Assembly: GCA_030167145.1 (NCBI GenBank)
Contig: CP126532.1
Coordinates: 3,750,001 to 3,782,000, forward strand
Direction of reading: 5' to 3'
Length of the DNA: 32,000 nt
Source of the DNA: Ktedonobacterales bacterium
Lineage (GTDB): Bacteria > Chloroflexota > Ktedonobacteria > Ktedonobacterales > JADMIN01
The translations under genes and the position numbers were made by a program. Shown piece by piece: positions 25,620 to 32,000 of this stretch. Below the pieces are notes generated by a model, which saw only the letters and a list, made by a program, of their open reading frames with translations, had not been told where the DNA came from and did not search any database. Within the stretch, counting starts at the first letter, position 1, and each line of letters opens with the position of its first letter.

Positions 25620-26804
25620 ATGCGTATTCTCATGCTCGCTCCGCTGCCATTTTTTCAGCCGCGCGGCGCGCCCTTCCAGGTCTATCACCGCGCGCGTGTG
25701 CTTGGCGAGATGGGGCATCATGTAGACCTCGTGACGTACCATGTCGGCGAAGATATCAACCTGCCTAATGTTCAGTTGCATCGCGCCTGGCCTGTTCCCG
25801 GTGTGCGCAGCGTCAAAGTTGGCCCGTCGCTCGCCAAATTTCCGCTGGATACGCTGCTGTTCCTCAAAGGTTTTTCGCTGCTGCTGCGCCATCGCTATGA
25901 CTGCGTGCATACGCATCTCGAAGCGGGTTTCTTCGGTGCGACCATCGGGCGGCTCTTCCGCCTGCCGCACGTCTATGATATGCACGACGACCTCGCCGAA
26001 ACGCTCGCCAGCTCCAATTTTACCCACAACAAACTGCTGATTGGCATGATGCGCGGCGTGGTGCGGACGACGCTGCGTAGCGCCAAATCTATCATCATTG
26101 TCTACCCTGAGCTACAAAATACGGTAGACACGCTTGCCCCCGGCAAACCTACCATGCTGATCCATAACACCGCCGTTACCGCTGGAGAAGATGAGGGCAC
26201 TCCCGAAGAGCGGGCCGCCCTGCTCGCGGATCTGCGCCGCGACCTGGACCTCCCCCCCAACGGCCCCGTGCTGCTCTACACGGGCACGTTTGAGCCGTAT
26301 CAGGGTCTCGATGCGCTGGTGGATAGTATGCCCACCGTGCTGGATGCCTATCCTGACGCCATCTACGTGCTCGTCGGCGGGCTGCCAGAGCAGATCGAAG
26401 CCATCCGCGAGCGCGCCCGTGAACTCGGCGTGGAGCATGCGTTGCGGCTGCCGGGCCGCCGTCCACACCAACATATGCCCGCCTACATGGCGCTGGCCGA
26501 TATTCTGCTCAGCCCGCGCAGCGAGGGCACCAATACCCCGCTCAAGCTCTTCACCTATCTGGATGCTGGCAAGCCTATCCTCGCCACCAACATCTACTCC
26601 AATACGCAGATCCTCACCCCTGATGTGGCGCTGCTGGTCAACTATGCCGCCGATGAACTGGCCCAGGGAGCGCTGACTCTGCTGGCCGATGCGCCGCGGC
26701 GCGAGCGGCTGGCTCGCAACGCCCGCGAGCTATCCGCGCAACGCTTCGACCCGGAAATCTTTGCCACCCGCACGGCCCAGGCGTACAGCGTTCTCACGGT
26801 TTAG
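25620..26804 (+). CDS. GT4-family (GT-B fold, Glycos_transf_1) glycosyltransferase
   Basis: I prefer the ATG at 25620 (MRILMLAPLPFFQPRGAPFQV), preceded by AGGTAGGTTGAGG. C-terminal GT-B half: LLYTGTFEPYQGLD...LVGGLPE...LSPRSEGTNTPLKLFTYLDAGKPILATN. The residue at the second position of the EX7E motif appears not to be Glu. Confidence 0.85.
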   Translation: MRILMLAPLPFFQPRGAPFQVYHRARVLGEMGHHVDLVTYHVGEDINLPNVQLHRAWPVPGVRSVKVGPSLAKFPLDTLLFLKGFSLLLRHRYDCVHTHLEAGFFGATIGRLFRLPHVYDMHDDLAETLASSNFTHNKLLIGMMRGVVRTTLRSAKSIIIVYPELQNTVDTLAPGKPTMLIHNTAVTAGEDEGTPEERAALLADLRRDLDLPPNGPVLLYTGTFEPYQGLDALVDSMPTVLDAYPDAIYVLVGGLPEQIEAIRERARELGVEHALRLPGRRPHQHMPAYMALADILLSPRSEGTNTPLKLFTYLDAGKPILATNIYSNTQILTPDVALLVNYAADELAQGALTLLADAPRRERLARNARELSAQRFDPEIFATRTAQAYSVLTV

Positions 26805-27053
26805 TCACATTTTGATTCGCGTCGGTGGGCGCTAGATTCACCTAGTCATCTTTCGTGTGCGCACGTGTGGCCACAATTTGCGCGTATCCAGCCGTATCCG
26901 GCCCCTCACCGCGCTGCATCCCGCGTGCTACACTGCTCCTATCAACACAGCGTGACAACCGCCATACCACGACAACGGCACATCGCGGGAGCGCAGCCTA
27001 CCGCACACGAATCGGCGGAATCGGCAACTGCTGTGTTCTCTGGCTTCCTTCGC

Positions 27054-27082
27054 CTGATTTTGTTTGCAGAGACTGGTATAAT
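27054..27082 (+). promoter_or_regulatory. Candidate extended -10 promoter for the polyprenyl synthase/ubiE pair
   Basis: TGGTATAAT (TG at 27074-27075, TATAAT at 27077-27082) is a perfect extended -10. A weak -35 (CTGATT, 27054-27059) sits at 17-nt spacing. The element lies about 70 nt upstream of the ATG at 27155. Confidence 0.5.
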
Positions 27083-27154
27083 CAGGAATGGCGTTGAATC
27101 TGGGAGGTGGAAGATGTCCACAGCAGTATCCGCACCGCACCCGTAGGAGGAAGC

Positions 27155-28144
27155 ATGAGCGACACGGCCACGTTGAGCCGGCTCTTCGCCAGTATTGATG
27201 CTGATCTGGACCTTGTGGAGCACACCTTTCAGCAGCAAGCCTCATCCGGCCTGGAGATCCTGAACTCCGCCGCCGCTTACGCTGTTGCTACGCCGGGCAA
27301 ACGCCTGCGCATGGCGCTGGCGTTGCTCTCTGGCCGGCTCATAGACTATCACCTCGACAAACTGCTGCCCCTCAGTGTCGCCCTTGAGATGGTGCATCTG
27401 GCTACTCTCGTCCACGACGACATCATTGACAACGCTACCACCCGCCGGGGCATGGCCACGGTTAATGCCCACTATGGCGACGGCGTCGCCATCTTGCTCG
27501 GCGACTACCTCTTTGCCAAAACCGCCGGTCTGATTGCTGACGTGGAAGACTTTCGCATTGATCGCCTCTTCTCGGAAACGGTTGCGCTGGTCTGCGAAGG
27601 CACGATCATCGAACTCCTCTCCGCCCACAAGCTCGACCTTTCCTTGGATACCTATCTTGAGCGCATCAGCCGCAAAACCGCCTGTCTGATGGCCGCGTGC
27701 TGTCGTGGCTCGGCTATTGTCTGCGGCGGAACCGACGCCCAGGTGGCGCTGCTGGAACAATATGGCCAGAATCTTGGCATGGCCTTCCAGATTCTCGACG
27801 ACATCCTCGACTACACCGCCAGCGAGGAGGCTATCGGCAAGCCCGCTGGCAACGACCTGCGCCAGGGTCTCGTGACCCTCCCGCTGATCTATGCGCTGCA
27901 AGCCCCCGACGCCAACGGCCACATGGAGCGCGTCAGCCGGGCGCTCAAAGCGCCGAACGCGCACGCCGACGACATCAACGGGATTGTGCAGTGGGTGAAG
28001 AGCGGACCCGGCATCGCTGAAGCATTCGCTCTCGCCGGACACTATGCGGCTCGCGCCCGCGCCGCGCTGGCGGAGTTTTCCGATTCGCCGGAGCGCGCCG
28101 TCCTTGAAGAGTTGGTGGATTTCGTCGTCGCCCGGAGCCGCTGA
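27155..28144 (+). CDS. Long-chain trans-polyprenyl diphosphate synthase (heptaprenyl/octaprenyl diphosphate synthase-like)
   Basis: I prefer the ATG at 27155, preceded by GTAGGAGGAAGC. First Asp-rich motif LVHDDIIDNATTRRG and second FQILDDILD. Confidence 0.92.
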   Translation: MSDTATLSRLFASIDADLDLVEHTFQQQASSGLEILNSAAAYAVATPGKRLRMALALLSGRLIDYHLDKLLPLSVALEMVHLATLVHDDIIDNATTRRGMATVNAHYGDGVAILLGDYLFAKTAGLIADVEDFRIDRLFSETVALVCEGTIIELLSAHKLDLSLDTYLERISRKTACLMAACCRGSAIVCGGTDAQVALLEQYGQNLGMAFQILDDILDYTASEEAIGKPAGNDLRQGLVTLPLIYALQAPDANGHMERVSRALKAPNAHADDINGIVQWVKSGPGIAEAFALAGHYAARARAALAEFSDSPERAVLEELVDFVVARSR

Positions 28145-28154
28145 GGGAGCATTC

Positions 28155-28916
28155 ATGACCACTACCCCATCGCCTGCGCCCCAGTTGCGCGCCCGCTTCG
28201 ACGCCGCCGGTGGCAAGCCGGTATATGTCCAACGCATGTTTGGCCGTATCGCCGGTGTGTATGATTTGATGAATCGCGTCATGACTGGCGGGCTGGATGG
28301 CCGTTGGCGCCGCTTCGCGGCCCAGCAAATCGCCCTTGGCCCTGGCCAGACTGGGCTGGACATCGGCACCGGCACCGGCGACCTCGCGATCACTCTCGCG
28401 CGTGTCAGCGCCCCCAGCGCGCGTGTGGTCGGCGTGGACTTCACTCCCGAAATGCTGGAACTGGGCCGCAAGAAGATCGGCAAACTCGGTCTTGCGAAGC
28501 GCGTTGAGCTCGTTCAGGGGGACGGCGAGCGCCTCGACTTTGCCGACAACTCGTTCGATGCCTGCTGCTCTGCGTTCGTGGTACGCAACCTCGCGGATAT
28601 CGAACACGGCTTCGGCGAAATGTTGCGCGTGGTGCGGCCGGGCGGGCGTGTCGTGTGCCTGGAAATGAGCCATCCCTACAATCCGCTCTTCAGCGCGGGC
28701 TTTCACCTCTACTTCGACCGCATTATCCCGCTGCTGGGTAAGCTCATTGGCCGCTCTGCTGAAGCGTACACCTACCTGCCGACCTCTGTCACTAGCTTCC
28801 CGGATGCTCCGGCGCTCAAGGGCATCATGGAGCGCGCGGGCTGGCGCGACGTGCGCTACTGGTATCGCATCGGCGGTGGCGTCGCCATCCATTATGGCGT
28901 CAAGCCTGCTCGCTGA
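28155..28916 (+). CDS. ubiE: Demethylmenaquinone/ubiquinone C-methyltransferase (UbiE/MenG family, class I SAM-dependent methyltransferase)
   Basis: I prefer the ATG at 28155, preceded by GAGGGAG. Motifs VQRMFGRIAGVYDLMNRVMTGGLDGRWRR, SAM motif GLDIGTGTGDLA, and FVVRNLADIE. Confidence 0.92.
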   Translation: MTTTPSPAPQLRARFDAAGGKPVYVQRMFGRIAGVYDLMNRVMTGGLDGRWRRFAAQQIALGPGQTGLDIGTGTGDLAITLARVSAPSARVVGVDFTPEMLELGRKKIGKLGLAKRVELVQGDGERLDFADNSFDACCSAFVVRNLADIEHGFGEMLRVVRPGGRVVCLEMSHPYNPLFSAGFHLYFDRIIPLLGKLIGRSAEAYTYLPTSVTSFPDAPALKGIMERAGWRDVRYWYRIGGGVAIHYGVKPAR

Positions 28917-28949
28917 CGCCAGAGACCACCATCTGATGAGCGCGTATGC

Positions 28950-31900
28950 TCACGATGGGTTACAGGTCGTGCCGCAGAACATCTGATTGCCACCGGTCAC
29001 TGCGATAATCGTCGAAGCAGCCACGGGCCGGTTCGCGGCGGGTGTGCCTGCCATCTCTGGCTGGAATCCCGCAATTACCAGCGACTTGACTGGCTCGCTG
29101 CCTGTCTGTGTGAAGGTGATGGCGCCACCCACGCCCAGGAAGGGATGATTGTGGTCGTATTGCAGCAGCCGCACCCGTATCTGTGTTGGCGTGGCATAGG
29201 CAATCTTGTTGCCGTTCATGTGGGTGTCGGGGGTCGCGGCTCGCACCAGTAATCGCACCGCATCGTAGCCGAGAATCGCCCCATCATCGGGCGCGGGCAG
29301 CCCAAAGTCATCTGTCGTGACGCCGTACTGCGCCTCGTAGTCATAGGGTAATGTCGGATGCACGACATCGGGCAAATTCAGCGCTGTCCATTCATTCAGG
29401 TCGGTTAGTTTCGTCACGTAGATGTTGCTGAGCAGAGCAGGATTCGTCCGCACGAATTGAGAGGTGTCGTCACCTGCTACCCCCAGCAATGACGGCGTAT
29501 ATGCCTGATGTGTCGTGATGATGTGGGGGGGTGGGGTGTACCACGTCTGTTGGTTGATCGCCTGCGAGAGCGACAACGCCTCGCTATCGCAGTTCTCGTT
29601 GCCGCACGCCAGGAAGATTAGACTAGCCCCCTGGCTCTGCGCCTGCCCGACAATCTGCGAGAAGCGAGATGTATCAGTGAAAGTGGTTGTTTGCGCGGTC
29701 ACGTTTGGATAACTGGCGAGACTCTGGAGAAAGCTGGTCGTTTCCGCAGCGCTTACATCATCATTCGCCTTCTTCAGGACCAGCACATGCTGGCCATTCA
29801 ACTGGGTCGCCACCGCGGTAGCAAGTTCTGCTGCTTGCTGTGAATCCGATGGCACCAGAGGAAAGAAGTTCGCATGCCCACCGAGGTTATCCTGGGTTGC
29901 GGTCGGCGAGACAATCGCCAGCCCCGAAGGGGCAAGCGCTGAGATGGCGAGGCGTGTCTCGGCGGATTCCGGCCAACCGACGATGCCGATCAGGTGTTGC
30001 GCGTTGCCAAGCTGAATCTCCTGCAGCAAGACGTTGGAGGCCAGGGTTGCGCCATCATCGGTCGCGCCAGAGTTGAGCACCAGCACGCGCAACTGCATGT
30101 GCCCTGGCAGCGGGTTCTCCTCGTTGATGCGCTGCTGCGCCAGGAATACGCCTTGCAGCATGTCGTGCGCCTCATCGGCATCGCCGTAAGAGACTGCCGC
30201 CACTACGGTTACATAGGGGTCTTTGGCCAGCAATATCCGCACATCCTCGGTATAGATGGCCGCTTCGGCGTCCGTTTGCACGAGCGCCATCGCGCTCTTG
30301 AATGACTGATATGCCGTGTGGAGATCACCTGTCGCCAGCGCCTGCGCGCCTTTCTGCTTCAGCGCGTTATTCGCCAGGCCCGTATCGAAGATATATTCGC
30401 CGCCACTCAGGCCGATGCCCTTATCCTGGTAGAGCTGGGCGATGCCGTTTGGCGTCGGCGTTGGCCCAATGGCCGCGCCGGCATTGGTATGGGGCAGAGC
30501 GGCATAGAGCACGCCGCCGCCCACCAGCACGATCAGCGCGACAATCGCCGTGATGAGCACCAATGGATTTTGAAGTGGCCGCTGGCGCGCCAGGACTAGT
30601 CGCCCACGCGCGTCACGCACGGGGGCCAGTCGCGCCGCACGCTCATCATCATCGAAGAGCAGATCTTCGGTCACATGAGTGAGGCGCTTATGCGAGAGGT
30701 CTTCGAGGGCCGTGCGCATCTCTTGCGCCGTTTGGAAGCGCTGTGTCGAAGACAGGCGCAGACCGCGCCCAATCAGTTCTTCAAGCTCTAGTGAGACGTT
30801 CGGATTCAGGTGGCGGGCTGGGGGGTGCATCGCGTTGGCGCGTGGCGCGGGCGCTGTGCCTGTGACCATGTGATGCAGCACCGCGCAGAGCGCATAGAGG
30901 TCCGAGCGCGTATTGGCCTGTCCGCGTGCCTGCTCCGGCGCGGCATAGCCCAGCGCGCCGCCTGCCATGCCATGCTCCACGCGCCCTTCGGGGTAGAGCA
31001 GGAGCATGGGCGAGAATCCCACCAGCACTACCTGGCCGCTCGGCCGCAACAGAATGTTGGCGGGGCAGATATTGCCGTGTAAGAAGGGAGGCCGCTGGTG
31101 CTCAAAGACATCGAGCACGTCCAGCAATTGCAGCGTATAGGCGATGGCTTGCTTTTCATCCAGCGCCCCTCTGACGCGCTGCAAACGGTCGAGCAGGAAC
31201 TCGCCCGATGGCAACTCATAGACGAGGAAGTGGCGGCCCTGCTCGCCAAAAGCGTCTAGCAGGCGCGGAATGCAGTGCGACTCGGCGATGTCTTGCACAT
31301 GCCGCGCGACATTCCGCCGCCACTGCTCCGCATCCACGGGCCGTGTTCCCATGGGGAAGCTCAATTCCTGCACCAACACGCGCTCACTGCCCAGTTCCTG
31401 GTCGGTGGCGATCAGCAAGGGTGGTTCGTTGCCCTGCGAATGAAAGGCGTCGGCAGCATGCAGACGTTGCAGAATGTGATAGCGGCCGCCCTTGAGCGAC
31501 GTGCCTGGCAGCAGCGCGCGCACAACCGCGCCGCCCAGCGCACCCGGCACTGCTGGCAGCCCAGCGCCATCGGCGGGGGCCATGGGCGCCATGCCTCCAT
31601 AGGCGCTGCCCATCGGCTGCATGGGTGGCTGCATGGGCGATATTGGTGGCTGCATTGGCATCATCGGCGACATGGACATATCGGGCATTGACCATTGTCC
31701 ACCGGACGGCCCGCTGAAGCCGTCTAGCGCGGGGCCATAGCTCGCTGGGGCGTCCGGCTGGCTCGACAGATCGGGGCGCGCGCCGCGCCGCCCGCCCGGC
31801 CAGCGCGGCTGAATGCCGTTGGGCAGCGCTTCGGGTCCGGAATATGATGGCGCGGATGGCGGCGCGGATGGCGAGGGGGTGGGCGCTTGTGGTGGGAGTT

Positions 31901-31988
31901 GCGCGGATGGCGGGCCGCCAAAGCGGGGCAGCGGACCTGGCGCACCGCCTTGCAAAGCGTTCGTGAGCCAGGGGGGTCGTTCGCCCAT
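28950..31988 (-). CDS. Single-pass membrane receptor: Pro/Met-rich N-terminal region, degenerate Ser/Thr-kinase-like (pseudokinase) domain, TM helix, and an extracytoplasmic type-1 periplasmic-binding-protein-like domain
   Basis: 1012 aa. Kinase-fold landmarks are present (GYAAPEQARG, SDLYALCAVLHHMVTG), but the catalytic motifs are replaced: there is no GxGxxG loop, VAIK reads VLVQ, HRD reads HGN (FLHGNICPANILL) and DFG reads GFS. TM segment LVLITAIVALIVLVGGGVLYA. The ectodomain resembles Leu/Ile/Val-binding-type PBPs (LRVLVLNSGATDDG...IGIVGWPESAETR...LAIVSPTAT). No in-frame stop lies between 31988 and the window end, so the N-terminus may extend further. Confidence 0.85.
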   Translation of the reverse strand: MGERPPWLTNALQGGAPGPLPRFGGPPSAQLPPQAPTPSPSAPPSAPSYSGPEALPNGIQPRWPGGRRGARPDLSSQPDAPASYGPALDGFSGPSGGQWSMPDMSMSPMMPMQPPISPMQPPMQPMGSAYGGMAPMAPADGAGLPAVPGALGGAVVRALLPGTSLKGGRYHILQRLHAADAFHSQGNEPPLLIATDQELGSERVLVQELSFPMGTRPVDAEQWRRNVARHVQDIAESHCIPRLLDAFGEQGRHFLVYELPSGEFLLDRLQRVRGALDEKQAIAYTLQLLDVLDVFEHQRPPFLHGNICPANILLRPSGQVVLVGFSPMLLLYPEGRVEHGMAGGALGYAAPEQARGQANTRSDLYALCAVLHHMVTGTAPAPRANAMHPPARHLNPNVSLELEELIGRGLRLSSTQRFQTAQEMRTALEDLSHKRLTHVTEDLLFDDDERAARLAPVRDARGRLVLARQRPLQNPLVLITAIVALIVLVGGGVLYAALPHTNAGAAIGPTPTPNGIAQLYQDKGIGLSGGEYIFDTGLANNALKQKGAQALATGDLHTAYQSFKSAMALVQTDAEAAIYTEDVRILLAKDPYVTVVAAVSYGDADEAHDMLQGVFLAQQRINEENPLPGHMQLRVLVLNSGATDDGATLASNVLLQEIQLGNAQHLIGIVGWPESAETRLAISALAPSGLAIVSPTATQDNLGGHANFFPLVPSDSQQAAELATAVATQLNGQHVLVLKKANDDVSAAETTSFLQSLASYPNVTAQTTTFTDTSRFSQIVGQAQSQGASLIFLACGNENCDSEALSLSQAINQQTWYTPPPHIITTHQAYTPSLLGVAGDDTSQFVRTNPALLSNIYVTKLTDLNEWTALNLPDVVHPTLPYDYEAQYGVTTDDFGLPAPDDGAILGYDAVRLLVRAATPDTHMNGNKIAYATPTQIRVRLLQYDHNHPFLGVGGAITFTQTGSEPVKSLVIAGFQPEMAGTPAANRPVAASTIIAVTGGNQMFCGTTCNPS

Positions 31989-32000
31989 GTCGTTGCCAGC

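Noticed and set aside
27242-28892. Two long minus-strand ORFs (27242..28483 and 27975..28892) opposite the polyprenyl synthase and ubiE genes
   Set aside because: They are antisense to two genes with textbook motifs (DDxxD x2 and the SAM-binding GxGxG), and their composition is shadow-like.
27155-28916. Idea that the polyprenyl synthase is a dedicated carrier-lipid synthase for the glycan cluster
   Set aside because: It is a trans-type DDxxD enzyme sitting next to ubiE/menG with its own promoter-like element. That is the standard menaquinone side-chain arrangement. Carrier lipids are normally made by cis-prenyltransferases.
1-32000. Mobile element, prophage or defence island
   Set aside because: I could read no integrase, transposase, recombinase, terminal inverted repeats, tRNA attachment site, or nuclease/ATPase defence-type genes. 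The compositional dips are confined to intergenic regions.

Overview
Visibly GC-rich bacterial chromosomal segment. Pro/Ala-rich linkers, a kinase-like protein fused to a periplasmic-binding-protein fold, and giant GT-C fusion proteins suggest Chloroflexota/Ktedonobacteria-like or actinomycete-like genomes, but that taxonomic call is only an impression. I support about 21 protein-coding genes and found no rRNA, tRNA, CRISPR array, transposase or integrase. All family assignments come from reading motifs by eye, since no HMM or BLAST search could be run. The window is a cell-envelope glycan-assembly island with an embedded sulfate-activation operon. Gene order, left to right: (minus strand) an AlkP/NPP-fold enzyme, a Wzx-like flippase, a NarL-type response regulator and an input-less HisKA_3 kinase; (plus) a roughly 1000-aa polytopic membrane protein with a two-domain ectodomain, and a Tat-signal DinB-like protein; (minus) a six-gene operon of TauE/TSUP permease, AlkP, cysC, AlkP, orf88 and sat; (plus) a GT2 polyprenol-phosphate glycosyltransferase, an SDR epimerase, an orphan HlyD-like adaptor translationally coupled to a TPR membrane protein, a GT-C (ArnT/PMT_2-like) glycosyltransferase fused to two beta-sandwich modules, a GT4 enzyme, a polyprenyl diphosphate synthase and ubiE/menG; (minus) a receptor with a degenerate (pseudo)kinase domain. 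The best candidate for something undescribed is the PAPS-generating operon. Two cytoplasmic AlkP-fold paralogs (a third lies at the window edge) sit where a sulfotransferase, PAPS reductase or CysQ would be expected, and the operon is surrounded by lipid-linked glycosylation genes. This suggests a sulfated glycoconjugate pathway with non-canonical chemistry. Several unusual non-coding repeats also lie at operon junctions.
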